The notes below the pieces were generated by a model. It was given only the letters and a program-made list of their open reading frames with translations. It did no database searches and was not told the origin of the DNA. This document shows positions 1 through 9,506 of a stretch of DNA of 64,000 nucleotides, piece after piece. Every line of letters begins with the position of its first letter. The first letter of the stretch is position 1. The stretch lies in the NCBI GenBank assembly GCA_032128875.1, contig JAVLKG010000001.1, forward strand, positions 256,001-320,000. Direction: 5' to 3'. This stretch comes from Candidatus Melainabacteria bacterium 17Bon1m. GTDB taxonomy: Bacteria; Cyanobacteriota; Vampirovibrionia; Obscuribacterales; Obscuribacteraceae. A program made the position numbers and the translations under genes.

Positions 1-493
1 CCTTTTCTCTCAGTGGTTTTGCCTCATCTGGACGCCCTGCTTTTTCCAGTAGCTTGGCGTAGCGAATGTACACCGCGGCAGTGTTGTCGTTCTTGTTCTT
101 CGCTTCCACCAACGCGACGCTTTTCTTCATCGCATCAATTGCTTCATCGAACTTCTTTTGCTCTTCGAGAGATTTCGACAAGCGCTCCCAATTCCAGTTC
201 GTTTCCTTGCACAAAGGCAGTTGTTGCAAATACTTCTCTGCGAGGTCGTATCTGTTTTTAAGCTCGTAGTGAGAAGCGAGCTTTTCTAACGGCTCTTCTA
301 ATTCTGGCGAGTTCTTCGGAAGTGACGCTTCTTTGTCGGCTAGATTTTTGAGTAGCGTTTCTTCGCTTTCAACCTTTACAGTTTCAGTTTGCTTGCTGAT
401 TGAAACTTCTTGCCGCGCGCCACTGCACGAAGACAATGCGAGAACAGACGAGAATAAAACTGCGAAAACTACCGATTGCCGAATTAGATTCAT
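1..493 (-). CDS. Partial TPR-like lipoprotein, runs off the window start
   Basis: Read manually: GGAG SD then ATG at 493; MNLIRQSVVFAVLFSSVLALSSC (lipobox-like), then helical TPR-like segments (FDEAIDAMKKSVAL, YAKLLEKAGRPDEA); no stop before base 1. Confidence 0.7.
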   Translation of the reverse strand, partial: MNLIRQSVVFAVLFSSVLALSSCSGARQEVSISKQTETVKVESEETLLKNLADKEASLPKNSPELEEPLEKLASHYELKNRYDLAEKYLQQLPLCKETNWNWERLSKSLEEQKKFDEAIDAMKKSVALVEAKNKNDNTAAVYIRYAKLLEKAGRPDEAKPLREK

Positions 494-633
494 CAATGAC
501 TCCGACCAACAACTCCAAACACCCCGAAGGCCAACGTCTATTATGCCTGCTCGGGTCGGTTTTAGGTTGGCAACATTGCGGCAACATTGCGCCTATATAT
601 TGTGCGGACAATCTCCACTAGCGAGAAACGCCC

Positions 634-1905
634 GTGCCTCACGATACTAGCTACGAGCAAGCGGTCACCCCGCAGCAAGCCGGCAAAACACCGCCACGCG
701 AGACAGAACAAGACGACAGCAAACCAGAGTCGGCGAGCCCTTGGAACTCTTCCAGTCTACTTTCTGCATCAGGAGAACTCTTTTCAAAAGCCACTAAAGC
801 TATTCCGAGCCAATTTCCGAATGTTGAAGTCCAGGGCGATGTTCCGTCGCAACAGTTGAAGCCTTCTCAACAAACCGACTTTAGCCCTGGAATCAGACTT
901 CCTGACAGTCCCATCGTAGAAAAGACAATTCAGAAGATAAAGGATTCGCCTGATCCTGTGCTTGAAGTAGTCAATTTGCTTGCAGGCGGTTTGAGCAACG
1001 TGCGCGGCGCGAAGATCTATCAAACTGTTTACGGTGACTACCAATTGCAGATGTCGACGCATCGGCGCACGACTGACAGTCTGGTTGATAAGTCAATGGG
1101 ACCATTTAGCTCTGGTCCTGTGACGATGGACACCGAGTTCGGCATGCGTGCTTCATTGCGTCCTACTGTAAGTGGCGGTGCGATGTTGCAGTTGAACAAT
1201 TTTTATGGTGTTCACCCGAGTGTGGAAGGTCCCATGAAGAGCCGCGCCGTGCTACCGGGTGGTGCCACTCTTTTCAAAGGCAGCGATGGTGATTACCACA
1301 TGGCAGTTAATGGGCAAGCCGCATGGGGACTGCGTCGAACTCACTGGACGAAGTCACGCAACATAACGATTGATCCAGAGAATGTACGCGATCCGTTTTT
1401 GAGCAGAATGATGCGTGATGCGAAGGACATTGATCGCACACTCGCGGACTTGTTGAAGGTGCAGCAAGCGCAAGATATTTTGAGTATAGGCATTCATCGA
1501 GCTGCCTCGGGCGTGCCAGGCACAGAGCAGTTTGATATGCAGATCCGGTCTCGAAGAGAGAAGCATGTACCGCTTGAAGAAGCCGCCTCGGAGGGGTTAC
1601 CGGTCAAAGTAAAAAGCCTTGACCTCGCAACCGACGTATCTGCTGCACTTTCGTACAGTCGTGACGCTGGAATCGCTTTGAACGATATCAACGGAGTAAA
1701 AATCAACGTTGAGACATTTGGGTTAAAACAAGTAGCAGCCCCAACCAAGCTCACCTTTGGCAGAGATGCTGCAGGCAAAGCTTCGGTGGGAGTGCAATTT
1801 GTTATGCATGATGCGGAAGGCAAGCCGTCCGCGCCGATGAGTTTTTCAATTCCGTTTTCACGGATTATTCAAGAAGTGGAAAAGCGGAAGCCACACACCC
1901 GATAG
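634..1905 (+). CDS. Hypothetical protein, 423 aa
   Basis: Long ORF with low-complexity N-terminus; no recognised motif. Confidence 0.7.
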   Translation: MPHDTSYEQAVTPQQAGKTPPRETEQDDSKPESASPWNSSSLLSASGELFSKATKAIPSQFPNVEVQGDVPSQQLKPSQQTDFSPGIRLPDSPIVEKTIQKIKDSPDPVLEVVNLLAGGLSNVRGAKIYQTVYGDYQLQMSTHRRTTDSLVDKSMGPFSSGPVTMDTEFGMRASLRPTVSGGAMLQLNNFYGVHPSVEGPMKSRAVLPGGATLFKGSDGDYHMAVNGQAAWGLRRTHWTKSRNITIDPENVRDPFLSRMMRDAKDIDRTLADLLKVQQAQDILSIGIHRAASGVPGTEQFDMQIRSRREKHVPLEEAASEGLPVKVKSLDLATDVSAALSYSRDAGIALNDINGVKINVETFGLKQVAAPTKLTFGRDAAGKASVGVQFVMHDAEGKPSAPMSFSIPFSRIIQEVEKRKPHTR

Positions 1906-1977
1906 AATTCGCGAGCCCGATGAAAGCCGCGCGTCCGATAAAAGCCGCACACCCGATAGAATTCGCGCTCCCGCTGA
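1888..1977 (+). repeat. Five degenerate 18-bp tandem repeats
   Basis: aagccacacacccgatag / aattcgcgagcccgatga / aagccgcgcgtccgataa / aagccgcacacccgatag / aattcgcgctcccgctga. Confidence 0.8.
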
Positions 1978-1984
1978 ATGCTGC

Positions 1985-2009
1985 GTAGGGGCGATGCAAT
2001 GAATCGCCC
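1985..2009. repeat. GTAG-type REP-like palindrome (family 1)
   Basis: GTAGGGGCGAT-gcaatga-ATCGCCC between convergent genes; relatives at 5784, 7517, 19367, 24909. Confidence 0.75.
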
Positions 2010-2026
2010 GGCCTCAACAAATCACT

Positions 2027-3502
2027 CTACCCGATGATCTTCGATGCCATCTCGTGCCAGACAGCCAAATCTTGTGAATCGCCGTCGAAATCTCCCGCAT
2101 GGACAGGTTGTTTTCGCTCACGTTTCTCGATTCTCTCTGTTCGCTCTGAGCGTTCTTTTCGATCTACAAGCTGAAGACCTGCGTCTTCCGCAAGCTTTCG
2201 CGCTTGCTGCGCATGATGCATTGGCTTGGCAGTCTTCGCCTTATTGCGATTCACGCTGTGATGCTCCGGTCGACTTTGATGCCCGCGAGAATCAAAGGAT
2301 TGTTTGCGAGACTGATGTCCGGTCGTCTCTTTAGTTTTTGCTTCCGATTTCGGCTTCTTCGCTTTCTTTGACTCTTCTCGAATCTTGCCAAACGGACTGT
2401 TAGGATCCAGCGAGCGACCAGTTACTTTTTCGATTTCGCGAATCAAATAACGTTGATCGTTGCTGACGAAGGAAAGCGCTATTCCAGAGCGGCCTGCGCG
2501 TCCGGTGCGACCGATACGGTGAACGTAATCAGCAGCGCCGAGCGGAAGGTCGAAGTTGATTACCAGGCTGATTGCCGGCACATCGAGCCCGCGAGCGGCG
2601 ACGTCGGTAGCAACCAATACGGTTATGTCTCCAGAGCGAAACTTCCGCAGAGTCGCTTCCCGCTTGTTCTGCGAGATATCGCTGTGAATTTCACCGGCTC
2701 TGATATTCTCTGAGTTCAGCTTTTTGCAAATTTTAGATGCGCGGTGTCGCGTTTTTGTGAAAACCAGAACAGTGTTGTGAACTTCATCTTTGTTGCTGAG
2801 AAGTTCGATGAGCAGCGGAGTCTTGCCTTCTTCATTTACAAGGTGAATGCGCTGATCAATCGATGCTGGCTCGACGCGATTGGTGTTGACGAATATATTC
2901 ACCGGATCGGTGAGAAACTCTTCGCCTTGTTTTTCAACGGCTTTGTTGATGGTGGCAGAGAACATCACCGTTTGGTGCTGCCCTTTGACCATGTCGACAA
3001 TTCGCCGCACTTGCGGAGTAAAGCCCATGTCTAACATGCGGTCCGCTTCATCCAGCACCAGTGTTTGCACGCGGCTCAGATCGACGTTGCCTTGCTCAAT
3101 GTGGTCATTCAGTCGTCCAGGGGTGGCGACAATCACGTCGACACCTTTCTTGAGCGTGCGTATTTGATGGAACATACTGACGCCACCATATATAGTGGCG
3201 GTACGGACACCGCACTTGTTGGCAAATCTAATGATCTCGTCATTGACTTGGACAGCCAATTCTCTTGTGGGAACCAGAATCAATGCGCGAGGCAATGGCT
3301 TAGAACCGCTGCGCATTCCATTAATGATGGGGAGCGCGTATGCAGCTGTTTTGCCAGAGCCAGTCTCCGCCGACGCCATAATGTCACGTCCGGCGAGGAT
3401 TGCTGGAATAGTCTTTTCTTGGATTTCGGTAGGTTCTGTAAATCCGATCTTTTCCAAGTCATTGGAAAGTCGCTCGGCCAGGCCAAGTTCAATAAATCTC
3501 AT
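2027..3502 (-). CDS. DEAD-box ATP-dependent RNA helicase (RhlE-like)
   Basis: Q motif PTEIQ, AETGSGKT, PTRELA, TPGRL, DEAD, SAT, ARGLD, HRIGRTGRAG; basic C-terminal tail. Confidence 0.97.
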   Translation of the reverse strand: MRFIELGLAERLSNDLEKIGFTEPTEIQEKTIPAILAGRDIMASAETGSGKTAAYALPIINGMRSGSKPLPRALILVPTRELAVQVNDEIIRFANKCGVRTATIYGGVSMFHQIRTLKKGVDVIVATPGRLNDHIEQGNVDLSRVQTLVLDEADRMLDMGFTPQVRRIVDMVKGQHQTVMFSATINKAVEKQGEEFLTDPVNIFVNTNRVEPASIDQRIHLVNEEGKTPLLIELLSNKDEVHNTVLVFTKTRHRASKICKKLNSENIRAGEIHSDISQNKREATLRKFRSGDITVLVATDVAARGLDVPAISLVINFDLPLGAADYVHRIGRTGRAGRSGIALSFVSNDQRYLIREIEKVTGRSLDPNSPFGKIREESKKAKKPKSEAKTKETTGHQSRKQSFDSRGHQSRPEHHSVNRNKAKTAKPMHHAQQARKLAEDAGLQLVDRKERSERTERIEKRERKQPVHAGDFDGDSQDLAVWHEMASKIIG

Positions 3503-3761
3503 ATCAGTTTCCTTCGCAAATTCTGCGGAATTTGCTGTGTGCGAACCTGCGGTTCGCTGAGCGGCAGATGCAGCCTCTCAAGAAGGAACTGGAGAGCCTC
3601 TGCGGTGTTTAAGACCGCGAACATGTTGCCTTAATCGGTTGTCAGCATAACACGTATCTGCCGCCTGGAAAGCAATTTGGGAAATGCTTAGAGACATCGC
3701 TACACATAAGCTCTTTTGTTATGTGCTTCTCACAAATGCCTTGGCTGAAAAGCTAACCATC

Positions 3762-5102
3762 CTAATGCGCGTGTTTTCGCCTGTCATGGACGTTCCAAGT
3801 GAGAGCCAGTAGGGCAATCGAAAGGACAGCGGCTGTAATAATGCTGATGAATCCTACGTTCCAGCCATGATGTTGCACGATAAGACCGATGCCCAGCTCG
3901 GCGAGTGTGGCGCCAAGATAGCCAAATAGTCCGGTTAAACCTGCTGCGGTACCGACCGCTTTTTTCGGTACGAGGTCGCAAGCTGCGACGCCAATGAGCA
4001 TGACCGGACCATATATGAGAAATCCTATAAGTAGCAGGGCGACAGTGTCGACCGCAACATTGCCTTTAGGATTTAGCCAATAAAGCAGAATGGCGCCCGC
4101 GATCAGGCTCATGGAAAACACCATCACAGGCGAGCGCCGACCATGAAAAAGCTTATCGCTAGCCCATCCGCAGAAGAGCATGCCCGGAATTCCTGCCAGT
4201 TCATAAATGCTGGATTGCCAGGCGGAATCAGTAATGCTGTAGCCTTTCACTTCTGTGAGATATGTAGGCGCCCAGTTGAGAACGCCGTACCGCACGAAGT
4301 AGACGAGAACGTTTGCTGCCGAAAAAATCCACAAGAACTTGTTATTTAGCACGTATTTGAAGAGAATTTCGGAGCTGCTGAGCTCCTTTTCCCTGTCTTC
4401 GACGCCGGTGGACGGGTAATCGTCTTTGAACTCTTCGATGGGAGGCAATCCAACTGACTGCGGGGTGTCACGCATGAAAATGAAAACGAGCAACCCGATG
4501 ATTATCGAAAGCACTGCCGGGACGAAGAAAGCGCTCTTCCACGAGCCAAAGCTTGTTATCGCGTAGCTGGCAATAACGGGTGCGAGCATTCCGCCGACGT
4601 TGTGAGCGAGGTTCCAGATCGCCATTTTTGTGCCGCGCTCGCGATCGGAAAACCAATGAACCATGGTTCGTCCGCACGGTGGCCATCCCATTCCCTGAAA
4701 CCAACCGTTCATCGCCCAAAACGCAACCATCAAATACAAGCTAGGAAGGAAGCCGAAAGCTAGATTTACAACTCCGGAAAGAATGAGTCCAGTCGCTAAA
4801 AAGTATCTCGGATTGGATCGGTCGGAAACGTTGCCCATCAAGAATTTGCTCAGTCCGTAAGCAATCGTGAGCGCAGACGCAAGCAATCCGACATCGCCTT
4901 TTGTCAATCCCAATTCGCTGATGAGGAGTGGCTTTGCGACATTGATATTCGATCTGACAAGGTAGTAGCCCGCATACCCTACAAAAATCGTGCTGAGAAT
5001 TTGTGCGCGGTAGCGTTGATACTCACCGTCGACCTTGTCTTCCGGCAGCCGATCGACGAATGGCGCTGGTTTGTAGAGTTTTGAAACGAGCGTCAGGGGC
5101 AT
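3762..5102 (-). CDS. glpT: Glycerol-3-phosphate:phosphate antiporter (MFS, OPA family)
   Basis: GYAGYYLVR, YGLSKF, SDRSNPRYF, QGMGWPPCGRTMVHWFS, WNLAHNVGG, DLVPKKAVGTAAGLTGLFGY. Confidence 0.88.
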   Translation of the reverse strand: MPLTLVSKLYKPAPFVDRLPEDKVDGEYQRYRAQILSTIFVGYAGYYLVRSNINVAKPLLISELGLTKGDVGLLASALTIAYGLSKFLMGNVSDRSNPRYFLATGLILSGVVNLAFGFLPSLYLMVAFWAMNGWFQGMGWPPCGRTMVHWFSDRERGTKMAIWNLAHNVGGMLAPVIASYAITSFGSWKSAFFVPAVLSIIIGLLVFIFMRDTPQSVGLPPIEEFKDDYPSTGVEDREKELSSSEILFKYVLNNKFLWIFSAANVLVYFVRYGVLNWAPTYLTEVKGYSITDSAWQSSIYELAGIPGMLFCGWASDKLFHGRRSPVMVFSMSLIAGAILLYWLNPKGNVAVDTVALLLIGFLIYGPVMLIGVAACDLVPKKAVGTAAGLTGLFGYLGATLAELGIGLIVQHHGWNVGFISIITAAVLSIALLALTWNVHDRRKHAH

Positions 5103-5200
5103 GGCTCTTTTGAGTGCGGAAAGCTAAAGTCTGTTGGCTTATTGTTCTGTTCTTCGCGTCAAAATGTTAGCATGGGAACAGTCGTCTTTTTGAAGCGCAG

Positions 5201-5746
5201 ATGAATAGAGAAGCATTCAATTACGCACCTTTCTATTGCGAGGAAAACATCTGGCATCTCTGCCAGGAAGCGGATTTTCGCGCGTACGATAAAAACGTTG
5301 TATTTATCTCCAATCCTAGATTGACGTGTGCATTGTGGAATCAGCGAGCTCGCAAGGCGGAGAACGAACCTGTTCTGTGGGACTACCACGTCATTATGTT
5401 GTTCAAGAAGCAGGGATGGAAGGTGTTCGATTTGGACACGTTGCTTCCAACTCCAACTCCTGTCGTCGACTATCTACGCGGCACCTTTGGAGAACTTGCC
5501 GTGCCGGATGAGTTTCGCCCCTTGTTTCGCGTAATTGATGCTGATGAGTATGTGAAAGTGTTTTCGTCAGACCGTTCGCACATGAAAAATCCTGATGGAA
5601 CGTGGCATGTTCCACCACCACCTTGGCCTGCGATTGAACGCAATGAGCGTTCAAATCTAATGGAACTTATCGACATGGAAAAGAAGAATGTCGGTCAGGT
5701 GATGGATCTTTTTCAGCTTGAAGTCGCTTTTACTATCGATCTGTAG
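5201..5746 (+). CDS. Protein N-terminal glutamine amidohydrolase (NTAQ1/WDYHV1 family)
   Basis: YCEENIW, VVFISN, VLWDYHVI, FDLDTLLP, FSSDRSHM, PPPWP: family motifs with Cys-His-Asp triad. Confidence 0.92.
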   Translation: MNREAFNYAPFYCEENIWHLCQEADFRAYDKNVVFISNPRLTCALWNQRARKAENEPVLWDYHVIMLFKKQGWKVFDLDTLLPTPTPVVDYLRGTFGELAVPDEFRPLFRVIDADEYVKVFSSDRSHMKNPDGTWHVPPPPWPAIERNERSNLMELIDMEKKNVGQVMDLFQLEVAFTIDL

Positions 5747-5783
5747 TGGTGCGTTGTATGCGCCTTTATACATCGTTGGAAGC

Positions 5784-5835
5784 GTAGGGGCGACGCCATG
5801 CGTCGCCCGGCGGGCGGCATGAATGCCGCCCCTAC
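5784..5835. repeat. Inverted pair of GTAG-type REP elements (REPIN-like)
   Basis: GTAGGGGCGACGCCATGCGTCGCCC followed by GGGCGGCATGAATGCCGCCCCTAC, between convergent genes. Confidence 0.85.
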
Positions 5836-5850
5836 ATCTGGTGGCAGAAT

Positions 5851-7443
5851 TTATTTGTCGGCCCGCGTAAACAGCCCTTGCCCGTTATTGTTCAAGTTAT
5901 CGATCATCACACTTACAGGTCGTCCGTCTGTGCCAATCGCAAACGTAATTGCACTTACTCCCCACAAATCTTCGCTTTCCATTTCCCATGTGAATGTGTC
6001 ACGATCGTAGTGTTTGATCGGCTTTACTAGATTGTTTCCGAGCATCATGGTGAGCCCATCTCCCGAGGCGGTGATTTTGAGATCACCATAAAAATCGTTT
6101 GAGTAAGTTCCAACGTAAGTATCTAATTTTTGCGCTGGTGTCGGTGATTTCGGTGGTTTGCTTAGGTTGCCAACCGACAATCCAAATTCAGCTGGGTCTT
6201 CGAATATCTGCTTGAACAACTGCATCCAATCCTGGGTTGTCTTGCCGTATGACGCCAGGTCTGTAAAAGTTGCCGTCATGCCTTCTGCTACACCGATAGG
6301 GAAGCCATTCGTCAGCACACAAATACCTAATTTTTCAGACGGTATCATCTTAACGTTGGTCGCAGCGCCCAGCTGGAATCCACCGGAGTGCGAGAGCACG
6401 CGCCGCCCGCGTTTGTCGAATGAAACATTGAATCCCAATCCGTAAAACTCGGGCATTCCATTGATTGGACTACGACCGGACACCATCTGCGGTGTGTGTG
6501 TTTCTTCCACTGCATTCTCATCGACGATCTGCTTACCTTCAAATTTTCCGTTTTCGATTTGCAGACGCATCCACTTAGACATGTCGTTTACGGAAGAACT
6601 TACGCCACCTGCAGGAGATTGAGGATCTGGCGTGCGTTGATGTTTGTGCACCCATTTACCGTCAATACGCATGTGACCCATAGCTTTGTTGGGGGCGTTC
6701 ATGAAATCTGCAAACGACGAACTTGTTGAAATCATACCGATCGGCTTGTAGAGCTTTTCTTTGCTCAGCTCTTCCCAGCTCGTTTTGGCGGCCTTAGCTG
6801 TTGCGACTCCAGCTTCTGTCAGTCCGTAATTTGTATATGCATATTTTGAGCGAAAACTGCTGGCCGGTTTTTGGTATCGCAAGCGGTGCAAAATTTGCGC
6901 GCGATCGTAGCCGATATCTTCTAGTATGTCAGCAGCATGTGCCGGCAAACCACTGCGATGTGAGTATAAATCCCGAATAGTTATATTGGCTGTTACCCAG
7001 GGATCTGACAATGCAAATGATGGATCGAGGTCACTTATTTTGGAATCCCACGAAACAATCTTTTCTCCAACCGCCGCCGCTACGACCGTTGAACCGACCG
7101 ATTTGGAAATTGATGCTAGTTGAAAAACGGTGTCGGGATCAATTTTCTCCGCTTTTCCCACCTCGCGAACACCATAGCCCTTTGCAAAGACGAGCTTATC
7201 GTTGTGGACAACTGCTATTGCCAATCCCGGTAAGATGTTGTGGTCGATTTGTTTTTGCGCGAGTTTGTCGATTGCATCAATCGCACTTTGAACTTCCGCA
7301 TCGGTTATCGTCGGTTGTGCATAGTCAAGATTGAATTTGAGCTTAGGCTGCTCCTCTGCTGTTGCCGGCGATGGCAGAATGCCGGATTGCGCGATTGTCA
7401 ATGACAGCGCAAGAAGCGCAGCGGTGATTTTGCGGAGATACAT
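5851..7443 (-). CDS. Secreted serine hydrolase, beta-lactamase class C/AmpC-like family, with DUF3471-like C-terminus
   Basis: Signal peptide; FQLASISK (SxxK), LYSHRSGL, YAYTN (YxN), HSGG; YVGTYSNDFYG tail domain. Confidence 0.92.
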   Translation of the reverse strand: MYLRKITAALLALSLTIAQSGILPSPATAEEQPKLKFNLDYAQPTITDAEVQSAIDAIDKLAQKQIDHNILPGLAIAVVHNDKLVFAKGYGVREVGKAEKIDPDTVFQLASISKSVGSTVVAAAVGEKIVSWDSKISDLDPSFALSDPWVTANITIRDLYSHRSGLPAHAADILEDIGYDRAQILHRLRYQKPASSFRSKYAYTNYGLTEAGVATAKAAKTSWEELSKEKLYKPIGMISTSSSFADFMNAPNKAMGHMRIDGKWVHKHQRTPDPQSPAGGVSSSVNDMSKWMRLQIENGKFEGKQIVDENAVEETHTPQMVSGRSPINGMPEFYGLGFNVSFDKRGRRVLSHSGGFQLGAATNVKMIPSEKLGICVLTNGFPIGVAEGMTATFTDLASYGKTTQDWMQLFKQIFEDPAEFGLSVGNLSKPPKSPTPAQKLDTYVGTYSNDFYGDLKITASGDGLTMMLGNNLVKPIKHYDRDTFTWEMESEDLWGVSAITFAIGTDGRPVSVMIDNLNNNGQGLFTRADK

Positions 7444-7516
7444 GGGAAGCCTCTTGTTTTCCAGTGACCTTAGATAACTTGATGATCTTAGATCACGAAG
7501 CGTGGACTGTAAAAAA

Positions 7517-7537
7517 GGGCGACGCCATGCATCGCCC
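7517..7537. repeat. REP-like palindrome (family 1)
   Basis: GGGCGACGCCATGCATCGCCC. Confidence 0.7.
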
Positions 7538-7617
7538 CCCCAGATCTTATATAGGTTCTATCGCCCTGATGTTAACCGTCTCTGTAGGCAGATTCCATCG
7601 CCCTTACTACTGACCAA

Positions 7618-8076
7618 TTACGATTCAGGACCGTCTGGAATTTCAGCTTCCACCAATTTTGTTAGAAGTGTGAGCGATTCTTGCCAGCCGAGATAACAAC
7701 CGTCTGGCGGAATCATCTCTGGAATACCTTCCTGAGTAATTACCACGTCTGTACCGACTGACACTTTCTTGAAGAGAATGGTCGTCATCATCTCGCCGGG
7801 AAGGTTGTTGCCTTCAAACTTGTCGGTGTAGCGAAGTTTCTCGCCTGGCTTCATCTCGACGAACGTGCCACCAAATGCATGGGAGGCGCCGGTGCTGAAA
7901 TTGGTGAAGGACATTCTGTAGCTGCCGCCTTCGCGTGCATCCATTTCATGAACCTTGCCCGTGAAGCCATTCGGTGGCAACCACTTTGCCATCGCATCTG
8001 GATCAATGAACGCTTTGTAGATTCGGTCTGCGGGCGCGCGAAGCACGCGATGCAATTTTACGGTGTTTCCTGCCAT
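7618..8076 (-). CDS. SRPBCC/AHSA1-like protein
   Basis: Start set at MAGNTVKLHRV (AAGG SD); RIYKAFIDPDAMAKWLPP, GGSYRMSF, CYLGWQESL. Confidence 0.9.
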   Translation of the reverse strand: MAGNTVKLHRVLRAPADRIYKAFIDPDAMAKWLPPNGFTGKVHEMDAREGGSYRMSFTNFSTGASHAFGGTFVEMKPGEKLRYTDKFEGNNLPGEMMTTILFKKVSVGTDVVITQEGIPEMIPPDGCYLGWQESLTLLTKLVEAEIPDGPES

Positions 8077-8192
8077 GGGTTGGTCCTTTCGCAGTGTTGT
8101 AATGGACGGTGGATCATAGCAGGATCGATTTGCGCAAAACACCCCTTCCCGCGGGATTAAAAGTGATTACTGCCTTGATTGGGCTCCAGCAT

Positions 8193-8681
8193 CTATCGCA
8201 CGAATTGCATCATCCTAGGCGCGAGCGCTGGTCCCAAGATGCTTATCGCACGCACCGCCGCTGGAAATAGTGCAGGATTCGATACACAGATTCCAACTAT
8301 TCCGACAACAACTGCGATGGCGAGCGCCGCTTTCAATGCCTCCTTTGCTTCCTCGGACAAATCCAGGATGTCTTCCGGATTTGGTATCCAGTCAGGTTTG
8401 CCAGGATTGTCGCCGCCAGGATGTTTATCGCCGCCCTTTCCCATTGGAATAATTGGCTTGATCGGATTGATTTTGCCTAAGTAGTGGTCCCCGTCAACCT
8501 GCTTCAAATGAAGATTATCGAGCAGCTCCTTAGCATCGGCAAATCCAAGATCTCGCAGTTGTTCTTTTGGTAGTTGTTTCACGCGGTCAACGTCGTTTTT
8601 CGTTAACGTGAATTCCAGCGGTTTTTGTTCGAATTGCAGTTGTCCATGGCTGCCTTCAAAAGCTTCAATTCTGGCGCTCAT
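8193..8681 (-). CDS. Hypothetical protein with hydrophobic C-terminal segment
   Basis: GAGG SD before ATG; one TM-like helix. Confidence 0.55.
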   Translation of the reverse strand: MSARIEAFEGSHGQLQFEQKPLEFTLTKNDVDRVKQLPKEQLRDLGFADAKELLDNLHLKQVDGDHYLGKINPIKPIIPMGKGGDKHPGGDNPGKPDWIPNPEDILDLSEEAKEALKAALAIAVVVGIVGICVSNPALFPAAVRAISILGPALAPRMMQFVR

Positions 8682-8948
8682 TTTGTAAAACCTCGCTCGC
8701 CTCTGCCTGGTTTCTATACTTTCGGCAATCTCTGGGTCGCAGCTCGGTCTTTAACAGGTCAATTTTGGGTCACTTGTTTAATTGTTCGTTCGAGTATCTT
8801 AAAACTGAAAGGTATTAGCTTTTAACGGTCGAATTTTGACCAATCCAGACTCTATTCGCAGAACAAATGCAATTGAACCGGTAATGTAGGCTGCTGACGA
8901 TGAGCCATCTTACGATGGTGCGAGTGAAGAACTCAACCATGGAACCAG

Positions 8949-9455
8949 ATGGCGTTTTCTATGAGAGATAACCAGCAAAGGCACTATAATAAAATTGATT
9001 TGTCGCTTCACAAGAATCGAATTGTGCAATGGTGCTCTGACTATTTGAATGGTTTTCGTGGCTGGAGTGACGACTATGATTTCCCAGGCGCCGCGACACT
9101 TTGCGCCATACCGCTAATCTCAGTGATTCAGGATGCTATGACAGAGAATAGTCAATCGTTTTCTCGTCCTGAGGACTTTAAGAAAAACGTGATTGCGCGC
9201 TTACGTGATGTCGACGAATGGCGCCTTGAAGGCGGAACACTCATTCGCAGATTTTCGGAGCAGTACGAGATGGATGTAGCTATTTCGATAACTACGGACG
9301 CCAAGTTTAAAGATGTAGAGATTGTCAAACAAGCTTTTGAAGGAAACAAGATAGTATACGTCCCGCTGTCGGTCGGCTATTTTCATTTGTACTCAGTTGA
9401 TGTTTTAGACGACAGAAAGGTTTGCAGACAACTTGTGAATGGTTGGCTTTCTTAA
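8949..9455 (+). CDS. Hypothetical protein
   Basis: 168-aa ORF with protein-like composition, convergent with next gene. Confidence 0.55.
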   Translation: MAFSMRDNQQRHYNKIDLSLHKNRIVQWCSDYLNGFRGWSDDYDFPGAATLCAIPLISVIQDAMTENSQSFSRPEDFKKNVIARLRDVDEWRLEGGTLIRRFSEQYEMDVAISITTDAKFKDVEIVKQAFEGNKIVYVPLSVGYFHLYSVDVLDDRKVCRQLVNGWLS

Positions 9456-9506
9456 AGTAGGTCAAATCTCAGTTTTTTGATTTCGAGTCTCTTAAATTTG
9501 AGCGAT

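Noticed and set aside
1888-1977. Possible CRISPR mini-array
   Set aside because: Units are contiguous 18-mers with no unique spacers; no cas genes in the window
8890-8930. CTGACGA plus hairpin as a hammerhead ribozyme
   Set aside because: No GAAA core after the stem and no closing helices
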